A model generated the notes under the pieces. It was not told where the DNA came from and ran no database searches. It worked only from the letters and a program-made list of their open reading frames with translations. The position numbers and the translations under genes were made by a program. Shown one piece after another: positions 10,842-21,680 of a stretch of 64,000 bases of DNA. How positions within the stretch are numbered: the first letter of the stretch is position 1; every line of letters begins with the position of its first letter. This DNA comes from an uncultured Gammaproteobacteria bacterium (lineage in GTDB: Bacteria > Pseudomonadota > Gammaproteobacteria > GCA-001735895), in the NCBI GenBank assembly GCA_913061315.1, contig CAJXUC010000002.1, positions 15,820-79,819 on the forward strand, given 5' to 3'.

Positions 10842-11879
10842 ATGAATTCTGAAGTATCCCTCAGCTATCGTGACTCGGGAGTCGACATTGACGCCGGTAA
10901 CGAACTGGTAGAACGTATCAAACCAGCGATTAAATCAACTTACCGAAAAGGCTGCGTTGGCAGCATTGGTGGGTTTGGTGGATTATTTGAATTACCTCTT
11001 GATCGTTACTCTCACCCTCTATTAGTATCTGGCACGGATGGTGTCGGGACTAAACTTAAATTAGCCATTGAACTTGAAAAATATCAAACTATCGGTATCG
11101 ACCTGGTCGCTATGTGTGCAAATGACATTGCCGTACTCGGTGCCGAAGCACTATTCTTTCTAGACTACTATGCGACTGGAAAGCTTTCTCTCGAGGTTGC
11201 TGAACAAGTTATTACCGGCATCGCTGACGGCTGTAAATTGGCGGGTTGTGCCTTGATTGGTGGAGAAACTGCTGAGATGCCCGGAATTTATTCTGAAGGC
11301 GATTTTGACCTTGCAGGGTTCTGTGTTGGCATTGTAGAAAAAGGCCAAGTCATTAATGGAGAAAATATTACGGCAGGCAATACTTTAATTGCACTCGGTT
11401 CCTCTGGGCCCCATTCCAATGGATACTCGCTTATTCGTAAGGTAATTGAAGTGTCTGGTGTTGATTTGAAGCAAGCATGTGGCGATGAGTCGCTAGCAGA
11501 TGCACTTATAAAACCAACGCGTATCTATGTTAAAAACTTACTCAGCCTAACGCAGCAAGAACCCGTGCTGGCGATGGCACATATCACTGGTGGCGGCTTA
11601 ACGGAAAATATTCCACGTGTACTGCCGGAACATTTAAGTGCCAAAATTGATTGTTCAAGCTGGACAATACCTCCTGTATTTGAATGGCTTCGACAGGCAG
11701 GCAACATCGAAACGAGTGAAATGTATCGCACATTTAATTGTGGTGTCGGTATGATTTTGGTCGTTGACAACGAAAATCAGCACGCTTGCTTGGAAAAACT
11801 TACCCAGCTAGGAGAAAAAGCTTGGGTTATTGGAGAAGTAATTAATAAAGAAAAATCAGAATCGGTTATTTTTACGTGA
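10842..11879 (+). CDS. purM: Phosphoribosylformylglycinamidine cyclo-ligase
   Basis: [43 protein letters not shown]. Confidence 0.98.
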   Translation: MNSEVSLSYRDSGVDIDAGNELVERIKPAIKSTYRKGCVGSIGGFGGLFELPLDRYSHPLLVSGTDGVGTKLKLAIELEKYQTIGIDLVAMCANDIAVLGAEALFFLDYYATGKLSLEVAEQVITGIADGCKLAGCALIGGETAEMPGIYSEGDFDLAGFCVGIVEKGQVINGENITAGNTLIALGSSGPHSNGYSLIRKVIEVSGVDLKQACGDESLADALIKPTRIYVKNLLSLTQQEPVLAMAHITGGGLTENIPRVLPEHLSAKIDCSSWTIPPVFEWLRQAGNIETSEMYRTFNCGVGMILVVDNENQHACLEKLTQLGEKAWVIGEVINKEKSESVIFT

Positions 11880-11901
11880 AACACGTTTTCATAAAAATCG
11901 T

Positions 11902-12549
11902 ATGAAAAAACTATCGATCATTGTACTAATTTCAGGCAACGGAAGTAATTTACAGTCAATCATTGATGCCATCGAATCAGGACAAATCAATGGCCAGATA
12001 ACAGCTGTGATATCTAATCAAGCGGATGCCTATGGTTTAGAACGTGCGAAAAAGCATAATATTGATCAAAGAGTAATAAGTCATAAAGACTTTACCTCTC
12101 GAGAAAACTTCGATTTGGCGTTAACAGAAGCGCTAACTCACTTGGATCCGGACATTATTGTGCTCGCTGGGTTCATGCGAGTACTTGGTTCAGCTTTAAT
12201 TCAGGCTTTTGATCGTCGAATCCTTAATATCCACCCCTCATTATTACCGAACTACAAAGGGTTAAACACTTTCCAACGCGCTATCGATAACCAAGAAAGT
12301 GAGCATGGTGTTAGTATCCATATCGTGACATCAGAGCTCGATAATGGCCCCGTTATCGTAAGAGGCCGCTACTCAATATTAACTGATGACAAAATTTCCG
12401 ACTTGCAAGCAAAAGGACATCAGTTGGAACACAGAATGTATCCACAAGTATTACAATGGTTGAGTCAAGGTGATCTAAAAATTAATGCAGACGCAATAAT
12501 GTTCCAAGGTAAATTACTAGAGAGTTCAATCGAGCTTGAAAACAGATAA
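11902..12549 (+). CDS. purN: Phosphoribosylglycinamide formyltransferase
   Basis: ISGNGSNLQ, LAGFMR, LNIHPSLLP, ELDNGP. Confidence 0.97.
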   Translation: MKKLSIIVLISGNGSNLQSIIDAIESGQINGQITAVISNQADAYGLERAKKHNIDQRVISHKDFTSRENFDLALTEALTHLDPDIIVLAGFMRVLGSALIQAFDRRILNIHPSLLPNYKGLNTFQRAIDNQESEHGVSIHIVTSELDNGPVIVRGRYSILTDDKISDLQAKGHQLEHRMYPQVLQWLSQGDLKINADAIMFQGKLLESSIELENR

Positions 12550-13273
12550 ACGACATAGTTTAATTTTACCGCAATGGCTAATCGGGCTATTGTTGTTTAT
12601 TTCAAGTATTACACCCGCTGTTGCCGATGGATTGAAATTACAAGCCTTTACTGCCAATTACTCACTTCATATTGCTGGTTTGCACGTCGGTCACTCAAAG
12701 TTATTGTTAAATCAATCAGGCGATTTATGGCGTTGGCAAACGAGCACTAAGCCAATTGGCTTTTACCGCTTGTTTAGCAAAAAAAAACCCTATTCTGAAA
12801 CTCAATTTTTGTCAGGTACAGGCCGCCATCTCATCCAAAACATAGTTATATCTGACGAGGGTGATAATAATCTTCTTGAAACAGCCCACTTTAATTGGCA
12901 AGAAAGACAGGCAACAATCCTTCGCAAGAAAGTAACTAGTACAGCTACTATTTCTGCCGATGTTTATGATTATCACAGTATTAACTGGTTAGTAGCCAAC
13001 ATGATGAAGGGAGAGGAATCTGAGCTTGAAGTAGACTTTTATAACAAGGGAGAAATCGTACGATCAAACATAAAACGCATTGATAATCAGTCCATAGAAG
13101 TGAATGGTAAAAATATTTCTGCGTGGGTATACGAGCAATCGACAGTTAATAGCAAATCCAGCCTAAGATACTACTTCAATTCTTCAAAACCGCTTGTTCC
13201 ACTAAAAATTGAAAAGTTAAAACCGGGTAAAAAGCCAGCGATTTTATTATTACAATCAGTAGTTTGGGGATAA
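12536..13273 (+). CDS. DUF3108-like exported protein
   Basis: Signal peptide, beta-rich, FTANYSL...; usual position after purN. Confidence 0.7.
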   Translation: MKTDKRHSLILPQWLIGLLLFISSITPAVADGLKLQAFTANYSLHIAGLHVGHSKLLLNQSGDLWRWQTSTKPIGFYRLFSKKKPYSETQFLSGTGRHLIQNIVISDEGDNNLLETAHFNWQERQATILRKKVTSTATISADVYDYHSINWLVANMMKGEESELEVDFYNKGEIVRSNIKRIDNQSIEVNGKNISAWVYEQSTVNSKSSLRYYFNSSKPLVPLKIEKLKPGKKPAILLLQSVVWG

Positions 13274-13322
13274 AATAAAGTGCATTCCTAATAACCGGTT
13301 ACAGACAATTATCAAGAGGATA

Positions 13323-13847
13323 TTAAAACTGCGTTACGCTGAATTTGATTTCAGTAAAGTGATCACCATTCTTCATTCGAAGTATTTCTTCTGGGGCATA
13401 GGGCACCTGTTCAATAAAACTCGGTAGTTCACTTTGTTCTATATTAAGTGTTCGCATCATCGTCTGACAGGCTTTAATATCGATTATATTATCTTGATCA
13501 AGCAGCCTAGCTCTATCAACTAACGACTGATTAGCTGAATAGTTAGCTTTCTGAAAAAGTTGTAATTCATCACCATGTAAAACAATCGCAATACGACCAT
13601 GCTGCTGAGGGTTAAACAACTCTCTTAAACTATCCGCTCTATTTAAAACAACATCGAGCTCTTGAGCCGTACTTACGGTCACATCAAAAACGTAACCTGC
13701 AATTAATTTTTTAGGGTTAGTCAATTCGGGCATTGTAAGATTTTGTAAATGCTCAGCTTTTGTCGGCACAAGTTTGTTTTTAGCAGCCCAAACGGACAAA
13801 CAAAATCCAATCAGAAGTATAACAACCAGACCTAAACGGGCCATCAT
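13323..13847 (-). CDS. DsrE-like family exported protein
   Basis: Signal peptide; IAIVLHGDEL, IDIKACQT, IEQVPYAP fit the DsrE/DsrF-like fold. Confidence 0.7.
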   Translation of the reverse strand: MMARLGLVVILLIGFCLSVWAAKNKLVPTKAEHLQNLTMPELTNPKKLIAGYVFDVTVSTAQELDVVLNRADSLRELFNPQQHGRIAIVLHGDELQLFQKANYSANQSLVDRARLLDQDNIIDIKACQTMMRTLNIEQSELPSFIEQVPYAPEEILRMKNGDHFTEIKFSVTQF

Positions 13848-13857
13848 AAACCACCCG

Positions 13858-15213
13858 CTAATCAGAACCTGCTATTGTCATATTGTCTATTAATATAGAC
13901 CCTGTGCGAATATTGCTCAGTTTATCAATATCATTCCCCACCTCAGAGATACCCATAAACATATCTTTTAAATTGGCTGCAATCGTGATTTCTTCAACCG
14001 GGTAAAGTATTTCTCCATTCTCGACCCAAAAACCCGCAGCGCCGCGAGAATAGTCACCGGTGACTGTGTTTGCACCCTGCCCCATTAATTCGGTAACGAG
14101 CAACCCAGTATGCATAGTTTTCAAGCATTGATTAAACGACTTACCCGTATTATTGAGCGTCAAATTATGGATGCCACTACCATGACCGGTCGATTTTAAG
14201 TTCAGCTTTCTTGCCGCATAAGAATCAAGCAGGTAGTTTTGGATCACTCCATCAGTCACTAAACTGGCAGCTTTTATAGCAACGCCTTCCGAATCAAAAT
14301 TGGCAGAGCCCAACGATTGCTTCTCAAAGGGTGATTCAATCAACTGCATAAACTCTGGAAAAATCTGGCTGCCGACCGCATCAAGTAAAAAACTTGCTTT
14401 ACGATACTGCGCTGACCCGCTAATGGCCGACGTAAAGTGACCAATAATACTTCTCGCAACTTCTGGCACAAACATTACTGGGGCTGATCGTGTTTTCAAT
14501 TTCCGAGCACCCAGCCTCTTCACTGTCCGATCAGCGGCTTTTTCACCTATCGCCTTTGCTGTCGCTAAATGACTAGCATTACGGCTGATGTCATACCAGT
14601 AATCACGTTGCATACTTCCATCTGCCTCTCCAATCACTGAACAACTTAAACTATGCCGCGTCTTGTGTTGTGCCTGCAAGAAACCATGTGTGTTTCCATA
14701 AACAGACACTCCCGCACTGATATCAACCGAGGCGCCCTCTGAGTTAACAATTCTCGGGTCAAAATCTAAAGCTGCTGATTCGCACTCAAGAGCGAGCTCT
14801 ATCGCTGCCTCAGGCGAAATATGCCAGGGATGATAAAGATCAAGCGCTTTAAATTCTGTTGCAATTAAATCTTTATCAGCCAAACCAGCACAGGGATCTT
14901 CTGACGTATATTTGGCAATATTACACGCAGCTTCAACTGTTTTTCGAATAGCTTCTGGATTTAAATTTGAAGTGCTAGCCGATCCTTTATGTTGACCAAA
15001 ATAAACACTAATTCCCAATCCATTGTCCTGCTGGTGCTCAATTGTTTCGACTTCTCGCATGCGAGCGGCAATCGACAAACCTTGAGAAACAGACAACCCC
15101 GCCTCAACCTGAGTGGCTCCTTTAGCAATTGCCATCTTAAGCGTATCTGCGACAATATTTTTAAATGATTCTGCATCGGGAAATGCTAATATATCTGGGT
15201 GTATTTTATTCAT
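13858..15213 (-). CDS. pmbA: Metalloprotease PmbA (TldE)
   Basis: MQRDYWY, FDSEGV, TELMGQG, GDYSRGAAGFWVENG, EITIAANL. Confidence 0.96.
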   Translation of the reverse strand: MNKIHPDILAFPDAESFKNIVADTLKMAIAKGATQVEAGLSVSQGLSIAARMREVETIEHQQDNGLGISVYFGQHKGSASTSNLNPEAIRKTVEAACNIAKYTSEDPCAGLADKDLIATEFKALDLYHPWHISPEAAIELALECESAALDFDPRIVNSEGASVDISAGVSVYGNTHGFLQAQHKTRHSLSCSVIGEADGSMQRDYWYDISRNASHLATAKAIGEKAADRTVKRLGARKLKTRSAPVMFVPEVARSIIGHFTSAISGSAQYRKASFLLDAVGSQIFPEFMQLIESPFEKQSLGSANFDSEGVAIKAASLVTDGVIQNYLLDSYAARKLNLKSTGHGSGIHNLTLNNTGKSFNQCLKTMHTGLLVTELMGQGANTVTGDYSRGAAGFWVENGEILYPVEEITIAANLKDMFMGISEVGNDIDKLSNIRTGSILIDNMTIAGSD

Positions 15214-15237
15214 TGTGGCATTCTAGCCTATCCCCTT

Positions 15238-15771
15238 ATGGAAAACGAAACAAAGTTTGACAATGATCTCGACGATTCTGACGAGATTGAAATCGTAAGT
15301 AAGACCCAACTTAAACGTGAAAGTATTGACATCCAGAAGCTAGGCATGCGTCTGGTGGGGATGTCTTACGAACAATTAGCAAAGATACCGCTCGACGAGC
15401 ATGTATTAGAAGCCATAGCACTCGCCAAGAAAATTCAGAATAAACGTAGCGCATTGAAGAGGCACTACCAGTTTTTAGGCAAGCTATTACGGGCGCGCGA
15501 AACGGACGCAATAATCGAAGCGCTAAGAGTCATTGAGGAAGCCAATCACGGCCACATTCAACGGTTCCATCAAGCAGAAATGTGGAGAGATGAGATTATT
15601 GCTAAGGGTAATGAAGCGATTGAGTCTTTGGTCGACCAACAAACGGCTGCAGACAGACAAAAACTGCGTCAACTGTCACGTAATTATGCCAGCGCAACAA
15701 AGCCTGAACGTCAAACGGCGATAGCTAGACTTATTTATAAAGAAGTCCTGCTAGGCATTGATAATAGTTAA
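15238..15771 (+). CDS. yjgA: Ribosome biogenesis factor YjgA (DarP)
   Basis: SKTQLKRES, KRHYQFLGKLLR, DRQKLRQL; divergent from pmbA as usual. Confidence 0.92.
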   Translation: MENETKFDNDLDDSDEIEIVSKTQLKRESIDIQKLGMRLVGMSYEQLAKIPLDEHVLEAIALAKKIQNKRSALKRHYQFLGKLLRARETDAIIEALRVIEEANHGHIQRFHQAEMWRDEIIAKGNEAIESLVDQQTAADRQKLRQLSRNYASATKPERQTAIARLIYKEVLLGIDNS

Positions 15772-15810
15772 AACTTCTTACTTCCAGTTACTGTGACTCG
15801 CCAGAGCGAG

Positions 15811-16911
15811 TCAAGCCACACTGGAGGGTATAACGGGTGTCTCACAGTGGACATCGGCATTTTGACCTCTGTGGCGCAGGAAGTGATCCATCAAAACTAT
15901 CGCCAGCATCGCTTCTGCAATGGGTGTTGCACGAATACCCACACAAGGATCGTGGCGGCCTTTAGTTCGAATTTCGACTGGTTCTGCATTGAGGTCAACC
16001 GATTGCCCTCGTAAATGTAAACTTGACGTTGGCTTCAAAGCAATATTAACCAGAATGTCTTGTCCTGAGGTAATGCCACCTAGAGTTCCACCAGCATGGT
16101 TAGATAAAAATCCCTGTGGCGTAATTTCGTCCCGATGCGAACTGCCTTTTTGTTCTATGCAATCGAAACCTGCCCCAATTTCGACGCCTTTGACGGCATT
16201 GATACTCATCATTGAGTGTGCAATATCGGCATCAATTCGGTCAAAAATAGGCTCACCCAGTCCAACAGGAACGCCACTCGCGACTACCGTTATCTTGGCT
16301 CCAATTGACTCACCTTCTTTTCTCAGAGCATCCATATATTTTTCCATTTCTGGCACCATATCAGCGTCTGGACAAAAGAATGGATTGTTATTGACTACGT
16401 TCCAATCAACTCGATCGACTTTCAGTGGACCAAGCTGTGATAAATAACCTCGAATTTGAATGCCACATTTTTCGAATAAATACTTTTTCGCTATACCACC
16501 TGCAGCCACTCGCATAGCGGTTTCTCTCGCAGACGATCGCCCACCACCACGATAGTCTCGAAAACCATACTTTTGAGTATAGGTATAATCGGCGTGCCCT
16601 GGGCGAAACTGCTCTTTAATATTGCCATAATCTTTAGAGCGTTGATCTTCGTTGTAAATTAATAACGCGATCGGTGTGCCGGTGGTTTTGCCTTCAAAGG
16701 TACCCGAAAGAATTTGAACTTCGTCACTTTCACGTCTTTGAGTTGTATGACGAGAAGTTCCTGGTTTTCTACGATCAAGGTCACCTTGCAAGTCAGCTTC
16801 GGTTAAACAGAGTCCTGGGGGGCAGCCGTCAACAATGCAACCGATCGCTCCACCATGGCTTTCACCAAACGATGTCACAACAAAGAGTTTGCCAAAACTG
16901 TTACCTGACAT
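15811..16911 (-). CDS. aroC: Chorismate synthase
   Basis: [36 protein letters not shown]. Confidence 0.98.
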   Translation of the reverse strand: MSGNSFGKLFVVTSFGESHGGAIGCIVDGCPPGLCLTEADLQGDLDRRKPGTSRHTTQRRESDEVQILSGTFEGKTTGTPIALLIYNEDQRSKDYGNIKEQFRPGHADYTYTQKYGFRDYRGGGRSSARETAMRVAAGGIAKKYLFEKCGIQIRGYLSQLGPLKVDRVDWNVVNNNPFFCPDADMVPEMEKYMDALRKEGESIGAKITVVASGVPVGLGEPIFDRIDADIAHSMMSINAVKGVEIGAGFDCIEQKGSSHRDEITPQGFLSNHAGGTLGGITSGQDILVNIALKPTSSLHLRGQSVDLNAEPVEIRTKGRHDPCVGIRATPIAEAMLAIVLMDHFLRHRGQNADVHCETPVIPSSVA

Positions 16912-16968
16912 AATGAACTAGCCTAAATGATTGAATTTGAATTTGTTGCCCCTAACTTAGACAACACT

Positions 16969-17475
16969 ATGGAACATTCTACTAAAAAAATCGGCATGAT
17001 GTTTACTCTTGGTGGCTGGATTTTAGGTTTTTTATTGCTCGCTCTTGGATTCTCTAGAATTTTAGAGCATCAAGCAAATCCAAACCAGTCAGTTGATTCA
17101 TCAGACAATAACAATTTTAGTCAAATAACATTAACACGAAACCGTCAGGGGCATTATGTTTTTGACGGTGAAATTAACCAAAAGTCAGTGACTTTTCTAG
17201 TTGATACTGGCGCGACAATCACCAGTATTCCAGCCCATTTTCAGGATCATTTAAAACTTATTAGAGGGCCTGCTTTTTTAGTGTCAACAGCAAATGGCTC
17301 TGCTACCGCTTACCAAACTGGGTTAAATGAATTGAAAATGGGCACTATTGTTTTGAACAACGTCAAGGCTAGCTTGAATCCAGGACTATCCGATATTTTG
17401 CTCGGCATGAATGTATTGAAAAATATGGAATTAATACAGAGAGGCAAGCAATTGATTATTCGTCAGTATCACTGA
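16969..17475 (+). CDS. Retropepsin-like (clan AA) aspartic protease, membrane anchored
   Basis: N-terminal TM, RNRQGHY, FLVDTGAT, STANG, LLGMNVL. Confidence 0.9.
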   Translation: MEHSTKKIGMMFTLGGWILGFLLLALGFSRILEHQANPNQSVDSSDNNNFSQITLTRNRQGHYVFDGEINQKSVTFLVDTGATITSIPAHFQDHLKLIRGPAFLVSTANGSATAYQTGLNELKMGTIVLNNVKASLNPGLSDILLGMNVLKNMELIQRGKQLIIRQYH

Positions 17476-17531
17476 TTTTTAATTTGATTAACTGGGTTGA
17501 AGGTATCTAAAAGAATCTTATCTTTGGCGAA

Positions 17532-18395
17532 CTAACTACTTCCACCGTAATGTAAGCCAATATATTCGGCTAACTTTCGTGACGCTGTCGAGGCCTTAAC
17601 TGAGTCGTAGTGCATACCAAGCTCCACTTGAGGTAATCGACGCATGCGTTCAGCACTGCCCATTATAATCATATCTTCACCGACTGTGTTTCTCGCCAAA
17701 GCAGTAACACCAAGACCTGCCATTACGCCTGCACGAATACCACCATAGTTTTGACTAGTATAAACAATATGCCATTTACGCTGGGATGCATCGAGTGTTT
17801 CGATCATGCGTTTTCGATAAAAACAACCCTCAGGTGCTGCAATAAGGGGTAGTGGGTCACGAGAGTTTACGTTCGTATCAGGTCCACAAACCCAAACTAT
17901 TTCTTCTTGCCAATTTTCATTGTAATAGTCGGTTTCATTGCCATCATGCAAGGCTAATACCAAATCAAATTCATCATGTTTCATACGATTGATTAAGTTA
18001 ACTGATAGATCGCAAGTGACTTTAATCTGAACATCAGGATAGGCCTGAGCAAAGCGCCTCAAGACAGCTGGAAATAAACGTGACGCAGCAAATTCGTTTG
18101 GTATGCCTAAATGAACGGTGCCTTGCACACCTGGCTGCAATAACTTGACGACCGCCTCATCGTTTAGCGCCAAAATTTTGCGCGCAAATCCAACCAGTTG
18201 TTTACCACCGCTACTGAGCACCATATCTCGGCTAGTACGATCATACAATCTAACTTGCAAAAGACTTTCAAGACGCTTTATTTGTAGGCTAATCGCAGGT
18301 TGAGAACGCCCAAGCTTATCACCAGCACGAGTAAAGCTACCGAGGTCAGCTATTGTTACGAATGTTCTTAATAGTTCAGTAGGTAAATTCATCAT
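17532..18395 (-). CDS. LysR-family transcriptional regulator
   Basis: LLRTFVTIADLGSFTRAGDKLGRSQPAISLQIKRLE; divergent from gcvP. Confidence 0.93.
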   Translation of the reverse strand: MMNLPTELLRTFVTIADLGSFTRAGDKLGRSQPAISLQIKRLESLLQVRLYDRTSRDMVLSSGGKQLVGFARKILALNDEAVVKLLQPGVQGTVHLGIPNEFAASRLFPAVLRRFAQAYPDVQIKVTCDLSVNLINRMKHDEFDLVLALHDGNETDYYNENWQEEIVWVCGPDTNVNSRDPLPLIAAPEGCFYRKRMIETLDASQRKWHIVYTSQNYGGIRAGVMAGLGVTALARNTVGEDMIIMGSAERMRRLPQVELGMHYDSVKASTASRKLAEYIGLHYGGSS

Positions 18396-18398
18396 TAA

Positions 18399-18419
18399 CT
18401 CATTTAAATAATTAATGAG
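18399..18419. promoter_or_regulatory. Candidate LysR recognition box
   Basis: Dyad CTCATT-N9-AATGAG containing T-N11-A (18403/18415), next to the LysR start and about 80-100 bp upstream of gcvP. Confidence 0.5.
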
Positions 18420-18500
18420 AGCATTGTAACTATAAAATAATGAAATGCATAATTTCAACTAGACTGAATCTAAATTCATTCTTTAGAGAGTAAAGCAAGC

Positions 18501-21380
18501 ATGTCAGATCTTGATCTAAAATTAACCGACTTGGACATTCACACCGACTTTATTCGTCGTCATATAGGCCCAGGTTCAGTTGATGAGTCGGCAATGCTTG
18601 ACGAACTCGGGCTCAACAGCCTGGATGAACTATTAGATAAAGTTGTACCCGCTAGCATTCGTCGTGACAAACCACTAGCAGTCAAAGGCAGTATGACAGA
18701 ACGTCAGGTATTGGATCGTTTATATGAGATTTCGACTCGTAATCAATTATATAAATCTTTCATTGGAATGGGCTATCACAACACTGAAACACCCGCTGTT
18801 ATCGAACGAAACCTGTTGCGCAACCCGGCTTGGTATACGGCTTATACTCCTTATCAAGCTGAAATTTCACAAGGTCGCCTCGAGGCACTTTTAAATTTTC
18901 AGACCATGGTAAGTAATCTGACAGGAATGGAAATTGCCAACGCCTCGATGTTAGATGAAGCAACCTCCGCTGCTGAGGCGATGACGCTATGTCAACGCAT
19001 GTCAAAAAACAAAAGTAATACCTTCTTTATGGCAGACACCTGTCATCCACAGACAATCGCAGTCATAAAAAATCGTGCTAATCACATGGAAATCAATATT
19101 GTCATTGGCGATCCTTTCACCGAACTGGCTGATCTGGATGTGTTTGGTGTATTACTTCAATACCCCTGTTCAACGGGTGAAATTTATGACTACAGCGAGT
19201 TGGTCAAATCAATCCACGAAAAGCAGGCTTTGGTAGCTGTTGCAGCTGATCTTTTAAGCCTCATCCTGTTAACACCACCTGGCGAGTTTGGCGCTGATGT
19301 TGTTATCGGCACCACTCAGCGATTTGGCGTGCCTCTGGGTTATGGTGGACCACATGCAGCTTATATGGCCACGCGTGAGGCATTCAAACGATCGTTACCC
19401 GGACGACTCATTGGCGTGTCAGTCGATACTCGTGGTAAACCAGCGATGCGACTGGCCTTGCAAACTCGTGAGCAACATATTCGTCGCGAAAAAGCGACCA
19501 GTAATATCTGTACAGCACAGGCCCTGTTGGCCGTTATGGCGAGTATGTACGCAGTCTATCACGGGCCAGATGAACTAAAACGTATTGCTTTGCGTATTCA
19601 CCGATTGACCGTATTGCTGGTTAATGGGTTAGGTGAACTCGGCCATGATGTTCCCACCAAACACTTCTTTGACACCATCACAGTTAACACCGGTAACGCA
19701 ACCGAATTCATTTTGGCCGCCGCCCGTGCTGAGAAAATCAATCTGCGTCAGGTCGATAGCAGCACCGTCGGTATTGCACTTGATGAAGTTGCAACTAAAG
19801 CTGATGTTGAGACACTTTTCAACATATTTACTCATGATCATGGTGACTTAGCGCAGATGGACCAACTCGATGCAACTGCCACCTGCGCACTGCATCCTGA
19901 TTTAATCCGCACCAGTCAGATCTTAGATCACCCGGTGTTTAACAAGTACCACTCAGAAACTGACCTAATGCGTTACATGCGTAAATTGGCAGACAAAGAT
20001 CTGGCATTAGATCGCAGTATGATTCCTCTTGGCTCTTGCACTATGAAACTCAATGCAGCCGCTCAGTTAATTCCCGTCACCTGGCCTGGATTTAGTCGAA
20101 TTCATCCCTTTGTGCCACTCGATCAAGCTCAGGGATATCGTCAGCTATTTATCGAACTAGAGCAGATGTTATGCGCTTGCACGGGTTACGATGCCGTTTC
20201 GTTGCAACCCAATTCTGGCGCACAGGGAGAGTATGCAGGCCTATTAACAATTAAAGCTTTTCACCAAAGCCAAGGACAGGGGCATCGCAATATTTGTTTG
20301 ATTCCAGCGTCAGCTCATGGCACCAACCCTGCCTCAGCTCAAATGGCAGGTATGAAGGTGGTCGTTGTCGGCATTGCCAAATCAGGCAATATCGATATGG
20401 AGGATTTAAAGGCAAAGGCAGAGAAGCATAGCGATAATCTTGCCGCCATTATGATTACCTACCCATCGACTCATGGTGTATTTGAAGACGATGTCACCGA
20501 TGTTTGTGCGCTCATTCATGATCATGGTGGTCAGGTCTATATCGATGGTGCCAACATGAATGCAATGGTTGGCGTTTGTGCACCCGGTAAATTTGGTGGC
20601 GATGTCTCGCATTTGAATCTGCACAAGACTTTTAGTATTCCACATGGTGGCGGTGGTCCAGGTGTTGGGCCAATTGGTGTGCGTGCCCATCTCAAGCCTT
20701 TCTTGCCCTCGACTACACTGGCCAATCACCATGGCCATACAGAACCCGTTTCAGCAGCACCCTATGGCAGTGCAGGTGTATTGCCCATCAGCTGGGCCTA
20801 TGTCGCTCTACTTGGACAGCAGGGTTTACCTAAGGCAACTTCGATCGCCATCCTTAACGCTAATTACATTGCCCATCGGTTAAATGATCACTTCCCCGTG
20901 TTGTACACAGGTACCAATGGCATGGTTGCACATGAATGCATTATCGATACGCGCATTATCAAACAAGCCAGTGGTATTACCGTTGATGACATTGCCAAAC
21001 GCCTTATCGACTATGGATTTCACGCCCCCACCATGTCATTTCCTGTACCCGGAACCTTGATGATCGAACCCACAGAAAGTGAATCAAAGGAAGAGCTTGA
21101 CCGTTTTTGTGAGGCAATGATTACGATACGTGAAGAAATTCAAGCAATCGAAGATGGCAATATGGATAGAGACGATAATCCACTGAAAAATGCACCGCAC
21201 ACCGTCGACATGATCTGTGCCGACACTTGGGACCATGCCTATAGCCGCGAACAAGCAGCCTATCCAGTGGCGTCACTGCGAGCCAATAAATATTGGGCAT
21301 CCGTATCAAGAGTTGATAACGTACATGGCGATACTAACTTAATCTGCTCTTGCCCTCCAATGTCGGTTTATATGGATTGA
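18501..21380 (+). CDS. gcvP: Glycine dehydrogenase (decarboxylating), P protein
   Basis: [41 protein letters not shown] (PLP Lys), PHGGGGPG. Confidence 0.98.
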   Translation: MSDLDLKLTDLDIHTDFIRRHIGPGSVDESAMLDELGLNSLDELLDKVVPASIRRDKPLAVKGSMTERQVLDRLYEISTRNQLYKSFIGMGYHNTETPAVIERNLLRNPAWYTAYTPYQAEISQGRLEALLNFQTMVSNLTGMEIANASMLDEATSAAEAMTLCQRMSKNKSNTFFMADTCHPQTIAVIKNRANHMEINIVIGDPFTELADLDVFGVLLQYPCSTGEIYDYSELVKSIHEKQALVAVAADLLSLILLTPPGEFGADVVIGTTQRFGVPLGYGGPHAAYMATREAFKRSLPGRLIGVSVDTRGKPAMRLALQTREQHIRREKATSNICTAQALLAVMASMYAVYHGPDELKRIALRIHRLTVLLVNGLGELGHDVPTKHFFDTITVNTGNATEFILAAARAEKINLRQVDSSTVGIALDEVATKADVETLFNIFTHDHGDLAQMDQLDATATCALHPDLIRTSQILDHPVFNKYHSETDLMRYMRKLADKDLALDRSMIPLGSCTMKLNAAAQLIPVTWPGFSRIHPFVPLDQAQGYRQLFIELEQMLCACTGYDAVSLQPNSGAQGEYAGLLTIKAFHQSQGQGHRNICLIPASAHGTNPASAQMAGMKVVVVGIAKSGNIDMEDLKAKAEKHSDNLAAIMITYPSTHGVFEDDVTDVCALIHDHGGQVYIDGANMNAMVGVCAPGKFGGDVSHLNLHKTFSIPHGGGGPGVGPIGVRAHLKPFLPSTTLANHHGHTEPVSAAPYGSAGVLPISWAYVALLGQQGLPKATSIAILNANYIAHRLNDHFPVLYTGTNGMVAHECIIDTRIIKQASGITVDDIAKRLIDYGFHAPTMSFPVPGTLMIEPTESESKEELDRFCEAMITIREEIQAIEDGNMDRDDNPLKNAPHTVDMICADTWDHAYSREQAAYPVASLRANKYWASVSRVDNVHGDTNLICSCPPMSVYMD

Positions 21381-21408
21381 GAGAGATAGTTTCATTAAAT
21401 CATAATCA

Positions 21409-21436
21409 GACTTCCCTCTAATAGTTGAGGGAAGTC
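21409..21436 (+). terminator. Hairpin after gcvP (terminator or 3' stabiliser)
   Basis: GACTTCCCTC-taatagtt-GAGGGAAGTC, perfect 10-bp stem without a U-tract. Confidence 0.5.
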
Positions 21437-21680
21437 ATTGAGCATAATAGATGGCGTTCTAAATTATTTTGAACACCGCAATCTTATGCTTATTTTTATG
21501 GAAAAAGGTAACAGCTTGACCCGTTTGGGGCGAATACAAAAATTACCTATTTGCAGCCCAAAATAGGCTTAAGTAAACGTAATTTTTGATAGCTACAGGA
21601 CGCATATAGAGCCATTTAAATAGCGTGTTACGTTATGATAATATGCTTCTGACGATAGAACAAAAAGGTTTATTTTATCC

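Noticed and set aside
15920-16447. 175-aa + strand ORF and the many similar short overlapping ORFs in the track
   Set aside because: Antisense or alternate-frame shadows of well-conserved genes (aroC, pepA, sdaA, katG and others) with no independent motifs.
18396-18500. Glycine riboswitch upstream of gcvP
   Set aside because: Spacer is only ~105 bp, very AT-rich, and lacks the GGAGA...CCGAAG...CTCTCAGG core.
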